Assembly: GCA_964549615.1 (NCBI GenBank)
Contig: CAZJVP010000020.1
Coordinates: 218,305 to 282,304, forward strand
DNA from: an uncultured Thermococci archaeon
Lineage (GTDB): Archaea > CAYQAE01 > CAYVLA01
Length of the DNA: 64,000 nt
Direction: 5' to 3'
Made by a program: the position numbers and the translations under genes
Notes under the pieces: generated by a model
Told to the model about the DNA's origin: nothing
The model's input: only the letters and a program-made list of their open reading frames with translations
Databases searched by the model: none
Shown here: piece after piece, positions 1 to 10,081 of the stretch
Layout of the letters: each line of letters begins with the position of its first letter
Position numbering within the stretch: the stretch's first letter is position 1

Positions 1-84
1 CGCAGAGTACGGGATCTGGCCCTGATCCCCTGTGTCCTTGCCGTCATCTCGGCGCCGGGCTACGCCAGGGGGAGAGCGAAATGA
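1..84 (+). CDS. 3' end of an upstream gene (partial) with hydrophobic C-terminus and basic tail
   Basis: Frame 1 is open from base 1: RRVRDLALIPCVLAVISAPGYARGRAK*; its stop overlaps the ATG at 81 (ATGA). Confidence 0.45.
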   Translation, partial: RRVRDLALIPCVLAVISAPGYARGRAK

Positions 85-433
85 CGTCAAGATGTCCTGC
101 TCCCTTTTGGGCTCCATTCTGCCGACGATGTGCCTTTTCCCGGCTACTTCGCCGAGGACCGCAGCAGGCCGGACTCTACCAGGAGGGGAAGAAGAGGGTG
201 GATCGCCTCCACTTCCCCGCGAACGGGCAGGTTCTCATGGAGAAGTTCGACATCTTCTTCGTCTGCGATCCAAGTTGGACCACTTCACAGGCGGGCAGTT
301 CGGAGATCTTGATCGGGTCGGGGAGGGCGAAATGCCCGTCTCTCTGGTCCTTCGGCCCGTCGTACACCACCGTTGCATTCTCCCTACCGGGCGAAAGGCT
401 GTCCGCATCGGAATACACCGTTCCCTACGATAG
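81..433 (+). pseudogene. Probable decayed paralog of the 54551..55819 protein family
   Basis: RVDRLHFPANGQVLMEKFDIFF resembles RFIRLYFPRNYQRLLEYDYLML; signal-peptide-like text lies in another frame; right boundary approximate. Confidence 0.35.
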
Positions 434-572
434 GCGGCACGCATTCCGCAAAGACAAGGACCCGGCCTTGAGCCCGTTCGTCCCACGTTCATCCCACCAA
501 CGAAGCGGGACCACTCCACTCTCGGCACTCTCGGAAAACGATTATATGGCACAATGTGCGAGGAGGATGTGG

Positions 573-1772
573 GTGAGCGGGTTGGGAAAGGTGCGATCTA
601 CGACCCGGATGGCCTTGCTTTTGGCGGGGATTGGCTTGGCCTTCCTACTGGGTTTCGTCCTGGTGCCACGAGGCAAGGAGGCCCAGAGTCTTTCCGGGCA
701 ACAAGGGCTTGGCCTTGAACTGCGTGCCCGGATCGTGAGCAACATCTCGGATCCGTTCGGACCAGTGGTTGTGGAGCTGGTCTGCAAGAACGTTCGAGAA
801 TCAGAGAGCGTCGCGATCAGCCCTTTCCCGGAGTGGGGTTTCAACCCGATCTTCCTCGTGAGGGACCCCAAGGGCCAACTGTTCTGCTCGGTGAACGATC
901 GATATGGGCCGCCACCGACCCGCAGCGTGGTCTTGGGGCCGGGCCAGAACTTCTCCAAGCTCTTCAACCTGTCCGACCCGCCGTACCCCGGGCGATGGGA
1001 TGGGATCTCCAGCTTCGATATGTTCAGCCAAGCTGGCGAGTATCAGCTGACCGTGGTGTACCGGCCGTTTTACCACCTGTTCTTCATCAACAGAACGATG
1101 GCCGATCTCACGATCAATACGAGTCTGACCTTCAATAGGCCCCGAAGGCTTAGGATCCTGCACCTTGGAACGTGCAACCTTTCGTTCCTCAGGCGGGATC
1201 TCGGCTCGGCCTTTCTAACCGAGGGCGGGCCAGGACCCTACCCGGCGATCGATGAGGCGATCCAGGCGTACGATCTCTTGATCTTGGACAACGTTCCTCC
1301 GGAGTGGGTGGGCGACTCCCAGGCACTCGGAAAGGCTGTGATGGAGCGCGGCCTAGATCTCGTTATCTTCGGTGGCCCTCTCTCCCTCGGCGGGAACGGC
1401 AGTTACTCATCATGGAGCGAAAGCGGGCTTGGCGATCTTCTGCCGGTCGAATGCACGGGCTTCTATATGGAGATTCCTTCGGGGGCCCGACCCCTACCCG
1501 TCCTGGGCGGGCAGCGAGACACGATATTCAGGGACCTTGACACGTCGAATCTGAATACAATACGCCACCTGAGCCCGTATGTCCCACGGCCGGGCGCGAC
1601 GGTCTGGTCCGTCATCCAATGGGACGGACGAGCACCGGAGTACTTTCTGTGCTCTTGGCCAATTGGCAAGAGCCAAGTTATGGTGTGCGCCGCCCCTCTT
1701 GAGGAGATCCTCGCCTGGGCGAACGGCAGGCAACTGGTCGCTAGGATCGTTGAAGCAACGATACCGGATTGA
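573..1772 (+). CDS. Membrane-anchored protein with C-terminal class I glutamine amidotransferase-like (DUF1355-type) domain
   Basis: N-terminal TM LLLAGIGLAFLLGFVLV; YDLLILDNV...LVIFGGPLSLG...LGDLLPV motif; start moved to GTG 573 (AGGAGG at 561-566, TATA-like attata at 541). Confidence 0.7.
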   Translation: MSGLGKVRSTTRMALLLAGIGLAFLLGFVLVPRGKEAQSLSGQQGLGLELRARIVSNISDPFGPVVVELVCKNVRESESVAISPFPEWGFNPIFLVRDPKGQLFCSVNDRYGPPPTRSVVLGPGQNFSKLFNLSDPPYPGRWDGISSFDMFSQAGEYQLTVVYRPFYHLFFINRTMADLTINTSLTFNRPRRLRILHLGTCNLSFLRRDLGSAFLTEGGPGPYPAIDEAIQAYDLLILDNVPPEWVGDSQALGKAVMERGLDLVIFGGPLSLGGNGSYSSWSESGLGDLLPVECTGFYMEIPSGARPLPVLGGQRDTIFRDLDTSNLNTIRHLSPYVPRPGATVWSVIQWDGRAPEYFLCSWPIGKSQVMVCAAPLEEILAWANGRQLVARIVEATIPD

Positions 1773-2030
1773 GGATCGCGATCATGAGGGTACGCCGGCC
1801 GAACTCATGCCCACACATAGGTGATCAACGGTTCCTAAACACACCGCATGCGTCGGGAGCTTTGAGGACGTCAACCCATATACTTGTCCGGCGATCGAAA
1901 ACGAGGCTGCCAATGGGGCGAGGGAAAAACTCCTCAGCCAGGTCCGACGACGAATATCCCCGGTGCCATCCTCCCGACGTGCCCTGGAAGGACCCTTTCC
2001 TTTATTAGAGGGCCCTCTCGCCCCCAGCCT

Positions 2031-2939
2031 ATGCCTGTCAAATTTGCAAATCCCTTCACAGATGCAAAGGGCGGCTGGTTCAAGGGAAATCTGCACAGCC
2101 ACACGACGGAGTCCGACGGCAAGCTGACAAAGCACGATGTCGTCGAGTTCTATCGCTCAAACGGCTACCATTTCCTCTGCCTCACGGACCACGAGAAGAT
2201 CTCGGACCCCGCGGGCCTTTCGAGCGACGGATTCCTCGTATTCACCGGCGTCGAGACCTCCCCCCAGCAATCCAGGCACCACATCGTCGGGATCGGGCTC
2301 CACGATCTTGGCCCCTTCCCCAAACAGGAAACGGCCCAAGCCACGGTGGACAAGCTCAGGTCGATGGGGGGCCTGGTCTTCATCGCCCATCCCTACTGGT
2401 CGGCCCTCACCGACAGCGACGTCAGGGGACTGAGGGACATCATAGGGGTAGAGCTCTACAACACGGGATGCGAGGTGGAGATAGGCAGGGGATTCTCCAC
2501 CGTCCACTGGGACAACCTTCTCGCCTCCGGCATGCCCTTGACCGGTCTGGCCGTGGACGATGCGCACAGATACACCGACGATGCGCCGGGCGGATGGGTC
2601 TGCGTGAGAGCGCCACGGTTGTCCGAGAAGTCCATACTGAGCTCGTTAGCGAAAGGCTACTTCTACGCCTCGACCGGCCCCGAGATCAGGGACATCCGCA
2701 TCGAGGAGGATCTGATTAGGGTCGAGACCAGCCCTGTGGAGACGATCACCTTTCACACCTGCGGACCAAGGGGCAATAGCGTCCACCGCATCGGCGAGGG
2801 AATGCTTCACCACGCGGCGTTCCAAATCAAGCCAGAGCACTTCTACGTCAGGATCGAGTGCGTCGATGGCGGGGGACGGAGAGCATGGTCCAACCCGATC
2901 TACACCGATCAATTCAACTGCCTCGGTCCCCAAACCTAA
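2031..2939 (+). CDS. PHP-domain / CehA-McbA-like metallohydrolase
   Basis: KGNLHSHTTESDG, LTDHE, AHPYW, DDAH motifs; TATA-like tttatta at 2001. Confidence 0.85.
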   Translation: MPVKFANPFTDAKGGWFKGNLHSHTTESDGKLTKHDVVEFYRSNGYHFLCLTDHEKISDPAGLSSDGFLVFTGVETSPQQSRHHIVGIGLHDLGPFPKQETAQATVDKLRSMGGLVFIAHPYWSALTDSDVRGLRDIIGVELYNTGCEVEIGRGFSTVHWDNLLASGMPLTGLAVDDAHRYTDDAPGGWVCVRAPRLSEKSILSSLAKGYFYASTGPEIRDIRIEEDLIRVETSPVETITFHTCGPRGNSVHRIGEGMLHHAAFQIKPEHFYVRIECVDGGGRRAWSNPIYTDQFNCLGPQT

Positions 2940-2974
2940 CGATTCCCCCAGCGGACTCAAGCGGCGGGGCCCGG

Positions 2975-3271
2975 CTATCCGGATCGGACCTCATCCGATG
3001 TGCGGGCCTGGGAGCCAACCTGCGAAGGGCGTTGGAGCGGTTTGACGCCTCTGGCCCGCTTGTCGATGGCCAGGAGCCCGCCCATCCCAAAGATCATGAT
3101 CGCGATGGCCGCTGCGGTGGCGTTCTCGCCGAAGAGAACTCCCAGGCACAAGGCGATCATGGTCGTTATCATGCAGAAGTTCCTCTGGGCCTTCCCGACG
3201 TTGAGCACTCTCAGAAGGATGTAGACGAACCCAGCTCCTGCGACGATGACGACCGCTGCAACGCCGATCAT
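2975..3271 (-). CDS. Small membrane protein (about 3 TM)
   Basis: Three hydrophobic segments; ATG 3271 preceded by GGTGAG. Confidence 0.6.
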   Translation of the reverse strand: MIGVAAVVIVAGAGFVYILLRVLNVGKAQRNFCMITTMIALCLGVLFGENATAAAIAIMIFGMGGLLAIDKRARGVKPLQRPSQVGSQARTSDEVRSG

Positions 3272-3393
3272 TCGCTCACCACATCGCACAAGCCCCTGAT
3301 AAGTCTCACGGGCAAAGGGTGGCCGAGCCCAAGGCTTCGCCGGGATTCTCCGGCCCTTTAACCCCGAGGTCTGAATCCGAACGGGCCCCATGG

Positions 3394-6300
3394 TTACGCC
3401 AAATCCAGCATGATCGCGTCAACGTAGTAGAACCGGTTCTGCACCGGAAGCAGCTCACCGGCCTGTATGATATGGGTCCGAGCCTCCAGGATTAGTCCCT
3501 TCAGCCTGAAGGGATACGCCGGCGTCTCCGATCCGTCGTGTACCCACGGATGGAAACCCATCCTCTCGACCTGCGTCCCGCGCGGGGCGTGTGGGAGGGG
3601 AACTACAACGTACCGCCAGCCGTCGAAATCGATATAGCTGTCCGCGCGAACCGAGACCCACCGGGCGCCGGAGGCGTCCTCGAGACGGAACAGGATCCTT
3701 CCCCAGGAGCTGTTTCCGCGTATCAGGGTTCCTAGGCCGGTGGCCGACTCAGGCACTAGGATCTCGGATCCCGTCCAGAGCAGTTGGGTGTAGGCGATTT
3801 CCAGGGGATGGTGGGGCGAATCCTTGGGCACGCCAACCCGTAGGACCGCCCGTCCCCGCTTGGGCCAGCGGGTCGCAGAGAGACTTAGATCGACTCTGCG
3901 GTAGGGGACCGAGAGGGAAAGGCTCTCGAGCTCCTCCGCCGGCCGAGAGTCGACTTTCCAGCTGCGCAGGCTTTCGAAGCTCGCCAAGGTCCTTCGTCTT
4001 GATCTTCCCCCCTCGTGCCTCGGACAGCCCAAGGCAACGCTCACCACCCGTTCCACGCCCTCGAGATACACGGGGGAACTCGTCAGCTCGAGGCGGATCC
4101 GCGAGCCCCTGAGCCGCGGCTTCCGTCGGTTGCCGAACATGTCTGTGACGGACGGGCTAGTTATGCCCTCGCACCGGACCGCCATTGGCCGTCGGCCCCG
4201 AATCGTCCAGAAGGCGTGAACGGGGCCGCCCGTCTTTCTCCTAAACCGCAAGGCATAGACGCTGCCTGACCGGGTTTGGATCGACCCGTCAAAGCTTGCC
4301 TGGTCGAGGGCCCTGGTCATGGTGGAGTACGCGCAGAAGCTCTCCCGTGGATTCAGCTCAGGCGGCCTGTGAAGAAGGCCGATTGGGCCGTAGTGGCTGT
4401 AGAAGTAGTCGTCCCCCGGGTCATAGAGTGAGGTGCACATGCCAAAGAAGACCACGCCTGACGCAAGGCCCAGTAGATGGGCGCGTACGTAGTAGTCGGC
4501 TTGCTCCCGCTCGGTAAGCCAGCCTGGTGCAACTGGCGCGTAGATCGCCTCGGTTAGGTAGAGGGGGAACTCCGCGTAGCCGTAGATCCGCTGCAGTGCC
4601 TTGAGCACGTAGATGCCCGAGAAAGGCGCATACAGGGGGCCAACCTGGCGTTCGGGCATCGATGTGAAGAGGTCGAAGTCCAGGCCGAAGGCGTCCAGGT
4701 ACTCCTTCGGATAACCCCGTCTCATCATCGCCCCGATGAAGGGCGGGAACCCGTTACCGAAGATCAACTTGGCGCCGGGGAAATCCCTTCTGACGAGCTT
4801 GCTGTAGCCTATCCCGGAGCTCCAGCAGTTGTCCAGGCGTCTTTTCTCCTCCTCGTTGAGATCGAGGGGACTTCTTCCCAGCACCTCAGGGGGGAATGAC
4901 TGTCTGTGCCTGGCGCTCAAGTAGGTCTCCCAGAAGACCATCCAGGCATCCATCCGCGGCATCTCCCGCATCTTCGCGAGCATCTTTTCGGGATCCCCCG
5001 GCGTCTCGCAACAGGTGTTGGCGATGCAGCAGACGTTTCCGCAGTTGAGGCCGATCTTGTTGGCCTCAAGCACGGCGAGCCTCCTGGCGTTTTCCTCCGG
5101 GCCCTGGGATAGAAGGAAAACTGGTAACGTCCAGCGGACGCCCGCCATCCGCAGAAGCGGGGCGGCGGACTCGGGCGGCAGCCCGTTATGAACCTCGAAG
5201 AAACACCACATCCCGAAGGGCGAATCCCTGGTCGCTTTCCTCGTGTCCTTCGGCAGACAGGCGAACGACGTCCTGTGCTCCACCCACCTATCCTGGCCAG
5301 GACACCCAAGGCGAATGAGAAGTTCGAACTTGCCAAATACGGCCTGGGCTAGGTCCTTCACCAAAGCCACGTGCTGCAACGGCGCCAGCGCGAGATCCTC
5401 GACGGTTTTGCGGACCCTGCCATAGGGATCCACAATCTGCAGCCCAAGCACTAGTCGTTGCCGCTTCTTGCGCTGGCTCTGGATATCGATCGTGAGCCTC
5501 GGCGCCTGCGGCTCTTCGAACACCGGCGCGATGCCGTCCCATCTCAGGGCCATCCTTGCAGGCGCGAGCTCCAAGGTCGCAGCGAAGATGTGGACTGAGC
5601 TTGGAGGCCCCGCCGGCCTGGGGAAGCTCTCGTCGTCGACGGCCACCTTCTTGGTCAGATCGATCTCCAAGTACTCCGTCCCGTCGTTGAGGAACTCGAA
5701 AAACTCTCCAGGGTTGAGGGGAACGCTTACCAGCCACAGCCTTCCCCATCTGCCGGATCCACGACCATGCTCAACCATCTTGCCCACGCGAAGTCCCCTC
5801 GCAGGGCTCCTAGCTTCGTCCCATCTGGGTGCGCGGAACTCCCATGTGCTTGCGTGGCCCCGACCGGTCTTGATCATGCGAACGGATCCCAGCGGAAGGT
5901 CGCCCTCGGTTGTGTCAGAAGCGCATATGAGATGAAGGCGGTCGTAGTGGGCGTTGGGAACCCGAAGGATTACGCGGCAGGGGTCAACCGACATCGCATC
6001 ACAGTATACGTAGGGGAGCCTTCCACGGTAGGCGGTCCGCCCAAGGTCGATGTTGTCCGTGGAGCCATATCCCCACTCCGCATGGAACGGGATGCCCCGG
6101 CAGCGGATGATCCCACGAGCATGCAGACGGCCTGGCGGGAATGCGAATCCGTCCCCCAAGTCGCCAGGATGGATGGCCTTGGAATTTCCGTACGGGGTTA
6201 TGTCCAGGGGAAGGAACCTCGACGCCGGCAGCGCGACCACCCGGGGGGATCTAAAGACCACGCCCCTGCTGAGGCCCAGGCAAAGGCTGGCTTTGCCTGC

Positions 6301-6792
6301 CTGCCTCTTGGCCTGCGCCACGAAACGACCCTGAATCCAAGCACCGATCCGGTCGGGCAGCACGTCCAGGGCGATCCTGATCCAGGTTGATGGCCAGCCG
6401 GGCGAAGTTTCGAACTCCTTCCGGTACTTCTCTCGTTCGGCGTCGGTTTGGGACCATGCGCCCACGTCAGGGCGGAATCGGAAGCTCAACGGCGTTTGCT
6501 GCCCGTTCGCTTCAGCAACGACGTCCAGCACTGCCTCGTCCCCGGGATTGCCCGAGATCCGCAGCCCACATCCGCAACAGATTAGTTCTGCAACCTGTCC
6601 CGGGTTTGCCAACCTGACTTCGACGATCGCGCGAAAAACGGACGGCCCATCCACTGGCACATCAAGGCGCAGATCCTCATCAACGTGCAAGGCGGACTCG
6701 CTCGATGCCGCATCCCCCAGCCTGGTTACCTTCCCCGATCTGAGCCGCATCCCTTCCTGCAGATCCCGGAAAGGCTCCGTGGGGCTGATCAC
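3394..6792 (-). CDS. Large hypothetical protein, probable glycoside-hydrolase-like TIM barrel with accessory beta domains
   Basis: 1132-aa ORF; DSPFGMW, PLYLTE, QADYYVRAHLLGLA, YGPIGLL..NPRESF patterns typical of clan GH-A-like hypotheticals. Confidence 0.6.
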   Translation of the reverse strand: MISPTEPFRDLQEGMRLRSGKVTRLGDAASSESALHVDEDLRLDVPVDGPSVFRAIVEVRLANPGQVAELICCGCGLRISGNPGDEAVLDVVAEANGQQTPLSFRFRPDVGAWSQTDAEREKYRKEFETSPGWPSTWIRIALDVLPDRIGAWIQGRFVAQAKRQAGKASLCLGLSRGVVFRSPRVVALPASRFLPLDITPYGNSKAIHPGDLGDGFAFPPGRLHARGIIRCRGIPFHAEWGYGSTDNIDLGRTAYRGRLPYVYCDAMSVDPCRVILRVPNAHYDRLHLICASDTTEGDLPLGSVRMIKTGRGHASTWEFRAPRWDEARSPARGLRVGKMVEHGRGSGRWGRLWLVSVPLNPGEFFEFLNDGTEYLEIDLTKKVAVDDESFPRPAGPPSSVHIFAATLELAPARMALRWDGIAPVFEEPQAPRLTIDIQSQRKKRQRLVLGLQIVDPYGRVRKTVEDLALAPLQHVALVKDLAQAVFGKFELLIRLGCPGQDRWVEHRTSFACLPKDTRKATRDSPFGMWCFFEVHNGLPPESAAPLLRMAGVRWTLPVFLLSQGPEENARRLAVLEANKIGLNCGNVCCIANTCCETPGDPEKMLAKMREMPRMDAWMVFWETYLSARHRQSFPPEVLGRSPLDLNEEEKRRLDNCWSSGIGYSKLVRRDFPGAKLIFGNGFPPFIGAMMRRGYPKEYLDAFGLDFDLFTSMPERQVGPLYAPFSGIYVLKALQRIYGYAEFPLYLTEAIYAPVAPGWLTEREQADYYVRAHLLGLASGVVFFGMCTSLYDPGDDYFYSHYGPIGLLHRPPELNPRESFCAYSTMTRALDQASFDGSIQTRSGSVYALRFRRKTGGPVHAFWTIRGRRPMAVRCEGITSPSVTDMFGNRRKPRLRGSRIRLELTSSPVYLEGVERVVSVALGCPRHEGGRSRRRTLASFESLRSWKVDSRPAEELESLSLSVPYRRVDLSLSATRWPKRGRAVLRVGVPKDSPHHPLEIAYTQLLWTGSEILVPESATGLGTLIRGNSSWGRILFRLEDASGARWVSVRADSYIDFDGWRYVVVPLPHAPRGTQVERMGFHPWVHDGSETPAYPFRLKGLILEARTHIIQAGELLPVQNRFYYVDAIMLDLA

Positions 6793-6928
6793 CGGCCGAA
6801 TCGCATCAGCACGAGTATCGACTTCGGCGCCAACGGCCGGGCGAGTTTCTAGCTCTTTGTCAGGGCCAACGGAATCCGGCCGCGCCCAGCTGGAGATGGA
6901 TCTCTTCGACAGACCTGAGCCCCCTTCT

Positions 6929-7912
6929 TCAAATCACGGGGCCGGCACCGGTTGGTTTCGCCGACGACCCCTCACGGCGGCGGACCGCCTTCCCTGCCTC
7001 AAGACGTTCTATCGTTACCTTTGCCTCCTTCTCCGCCTGCCTCCGTGTGCTGGGATCGCAGAGCAGGGAGTACAGCTCGGGCCTTCTGCTCGCCCTCACG
7101 GCAAGAGACCTCTCGCACAGCCGACCGAAATGGAAGTTGGAGACCCTCTTCCGATCCAGATCGATGTCCCGGGTGAGGACCTCGACGTAGCGCGATGCCT
7201 CCGCCAATATCATGCCGTCCGGCCCTATGATCCCGCTCCTGCCGATCATCATGCCGGGCATCCATGCCTCCTCATCCCCGACGCCGTAGCAGGCTGAGAC
7301 GAGGTATGTCCCGGTGTCCACGGCCCTCGACCTGTACCGGATCTCCCAGTCCACCTCCCCCCAGCTTGACTGCACGTGGGGAAAGAAGATGATCTCGGCT
7401 CCCCGGAGCATCAGGCACAATGCCACCTCAGGGTACTCTATGTCCATGCATATCATGACGCCGACCTTGCCGAAATCCAGCTCGAAGACGGAGAGGTCTT
7501 CTCCTTGGACGATCCCTGCATCGGCCTCGGGAGCTGGAAGGTGGGTCTTGAAGTACGTGCCCACCCTCCTGCCCTCCCTGTCGATTATGAGGGCCAAGTT
7601 CCTCAGCTTGCCGTCTACCCGGCCGATCAGGGGGGCGATGATGTTCATGGAGTGCTTCCTTGCGATCCTACAGATCTCCTCTTCGAACGGCCCCGGAATG
7701 GGATCGGCGTACCTTGATAGGCCCTCCCTGTCAAAGGGCAGTCCAAGGACGTTGGCACTCTCGCCGTAGACTGCGACGTCGGAATGCCTCCTCCCGGCTA
7801 TTTCGAGGTGTCGCACTATCGATCGCAGGTTCTCCTGCTTCTTCTCTTCCGGGGTCTTGCCCGAGGGCCTCGCCGGCAGCTGGATCGTGCTGATTCTGAC
7901 AGGCCTGGGCAC
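6929..7912 (-). CDS. Carbon-nitrogen hydrolase (nitrilase superfamily)
   Basis: Glu-Lys-Cys triad motifs YGES, YFKTHL, ICMDIEYPE; terminal RRPELY. Confidence 0.9.
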   Translation of the reverse strand: MPRPVRISTIQLPARPSGKTPEEKKQENLRSIVRHLEIAGRRHSDVAVYGESANVLGLPFDREGLSRYADPIPGPFEEEICRIARKHSMNIIAPLIGRVDGKLRNLALIIDREGRRVGTYFKTHLPAPEADAGIVQGEDLSVFELDFGKVGVMICMDIEYPEVALCLMLRGAEIIFFPHVQSSWGEVDWEIRYRSRAVDTGTYLVSACYGVGDEEAWMPGMMIGRSGIIGPDGMILAEASRYVEVLTRDIDLDRKRVSNFHFGRLCERSLAVRASRRPELYSLLCDPSTRRQAEKEAKVTIERLEAGKAVRRREGSSAKPTGAGPVI

Positions 7913-7920
7913 GTAGCTCC

Positions 7921-8946
7921 CTACTCCTGCGGATGCACGACGGCCCTTATGACCTCGTTGGGCCTCTCTATGGCCAGCTTGATGGCCGTCTCAACGCCGG
8001 CCAGGGGATACCTCTGGGTTATGAGCGACTTCATGTCAACCAAGCCTCGGCTCATCAGCTTCAGGGAGGTCGGATAGTCGCGGCAGAACCCGAGTATGCC
8101 GAGCAGGTCCATCTCCGACAGCGTGATCTTGGAAAGGTTTATTTCGTCCAGATCCCTGCCCGTGAAGCCTATCGGCATGAGCGTTGCCCCGCTTGAGGCA
8201 ACCTCAACCATCTGCTTGATGGTCTCCGGTCTTCCCACGGCTTCCAGCACGAAGGGCGCCATCTCGCCCTTGGTTATCCTCCTCACGGCTTCAACCGTGT
8301 CTTCCTTCTTGGCATCGACGACATGGTCTGCGCCTAGCTTCTTGGCAAGGGCCAGCTTGCTGTCGACCAAGTCGGCTATCAGCACCTCGGCCCCCGATGC
8401 CTTTGCGACCTGGAGGCACATCAGGCCTATTGCGCCGGCACCGAGTATCACCACGAAGTCGCCGACTCCGATCCCGCATCTTCTGATCGCATGGACTCCG
8501 ACCGAGAGGGGCTCGGTCAAGGCGGCCTCGTCGAACGAGACCCCGGGCGGCTTTGGATAGATGAAGCTGGCGTTCGCGAGGGCATACTGTGCAAACGCCC
8601 CATCGACGTTGTGCCCGATCACCTTGACGTCGTTGCACACATTGTACCTTCCCGCCCTGCACCCCGGGCAGGACCCGCAGGCGTAGAAAAAGGTCTCGAC
8701 CACGATCTGGTCCCCCGGATGCCACTTCGAGACCCCGGGCCCCACCTTCTCCACGGTGCCCGCGCACTCATGGCCCATGATGCGCGGGGGCTGGATCATG
8801 GGGTGCTTGTTCAGATACCCCGAAACGTCCGACCGACAGACGGCCGTCGCCTCCACCTTCAGTAGGACCTGTCCGGCTTGCGGCTCCGGAACCGGTACCT
8901 CCTTCAGCTCGAGCTTCTTGGGAGCAGTGAGGACCACCGCCCTCAT
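7921..8946 (-). CDS. Zn-dependent alcohol/polyol dehydrogenase (MDR family)
   Basis: CRSD, GHE, CGSCPGCRAGRYNVC, GAGAIG. Confidence 0.95.
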   Translation of the reverse strand: MRAVVLTAPKKLELKEVPVPEPQAGQVLLKVEATAVCRSDVSGYLNKHPMIQPPRIMGHECAGTVEKVGPGVSKWHPGDQIVVETFFYACGSCPGCRAGRYNVCNDVKVIGHNVDGAFAQYALANASFIYPKPPGVSFDEAALTEPLSVGVHAIRRCGIGVGDFVVILGAGAIGLMCLQVAKASGAEVLIADLVDSKLALAKKLGADHVVDAKKEDTVEAVRRITKGEMAPFVLEAVGRPETIKQMVEVASSGATLMPIGFTGRDLDEINLSKITLSEMDLLGILGFCRDYPTSLKLMSRGLVDMKSLITQRYPLAGVETAIKLAIERPNEVIRAVVHPQE

Positions 8947-9100
8947 CTTGCCTTTCGTAGCCTACCCTCCGCAACCGCCTGCTACCGTTCGGCAGAAAAA
9001 TCCATCGTCCTTTGGGATGATCCCGCGGAGCGCAACCGCTGGAGCTCGGATGGTCAAAGATATCAACTTCCTGCGGCAGGGTAGGAATGAGCGTGGATGC

Positions 9101-9865
9101 GTGCTTCCCACCGTCAAGCTGGGCAAACATTCCGTGACAAGGCTGATAGTGGGGGGCAACCCGTTCAGCGGCAATTCGCACGTTAGCCGCGAACGGGACA
9201 TAGAGATGAGGAACTACTACACCGTTGAGAAGATCAAGGAAACGCTCCGACAGTGCGAGAACGCGGGGATCAACGCCTGGCAGTCCCGGGGCGACAACTT
9301 CATAACGCGCGTTCTGAACGAATATCGAATGGAGGGGGGAAGGCTGAAGTGGATAGCCCAGACGGCATCCGAGAGGCGAGACATCATCGCCAACATCCAC
9401 CAGATCGCTGAGTACGAGCCCATAGCGATCTACCACCACGGGACGCGGACGGATCAGCACTACAGGTCGGGCACCTTCGACGAGGTGGTCCGCTATCTGG
9501 ACGAGATCCGGAGCTTGGGGTTCGCGGTGGGGCTGGGCACCCACCTTCCAGAGGTCATCCTGCATTCGGAGGAAATGGGGCTGAACCCGGACTTCTACAT
9601 GTTCTCCTTCTACAACTTGACCGACCACGCAAGCCGCTATGACCCAGAGGACCGGACAAGGGCCTGCGAGGTCGTGAGGAAAGTCCGAAAGCCCTTCTTG
9701 GTCTTCAAGATAATGGCCGCCGGTCGAAACGACCCGGTCGAGGCCTTCGAATTCGCATTCCGCAACATCAAGCCGACGGACGCCGTCGTCGTGGGCATGT
9801 ACACCAAGCATCAGCCCGATCAGGTATACCAGAATGCGAGGATCGTTGCCTCGCTTGCCCAGTAG
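9101..9865 (+). CDS. Aldo/keto-reductase-like protein
   Basis: LPTVKLGKHSVTRLIVGGNPFSG N-terminus, FKIMAAGR; start moved to GTG 9101. Confidence 0.7.
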   Translation: MLPTVKLGKHSVTRLIVGGNPFSGNSHVSRERDIEMRNYYTVEKIKETLRQCENAGINAWQSRGDNFITRVLNEYRMEGGRLKWIAQTASERRDIIANIHQIAEYEPIAIYHHGTRTDQHYRSGTFDEVVRYLDEIRSLGFAVGLGTHLPEVILHSEEMGLNPDFYMFSFYNLTDHASRYDPEDRTRACEVVRKVRKPFLVFKIMAAGRNDPVEAFEFAFRNIKPTDAVVVGMYTKHQPDQVYQNARIVASLAQ

Positions 9866-10081
9866 GACGCACATCAAGTTGCGAAGTTCGGCCCGCAATC
9901 CGTGTAGGGCCATGTGAACGCAAGGCTTGGCCGCCCTTTCGATGCCCCTTGAAGGAAGAGCATCCCGGCGAAAAGCGCATGCTCCATCCCGTTCGATGCG
10001 GCAGCCCTTGGGCGATCGAAACCGGCCGACGATGAGATTGGAAATATTGATAATAAGCGCCGCTGCCGGGTCCCGATCCAT

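Noticed and set aside
8768-10081. 437-aa minus-strand ORF
   Set aside because: Antisense shadow of the AKR-like gene; no motifs; expected in high-GC DNA
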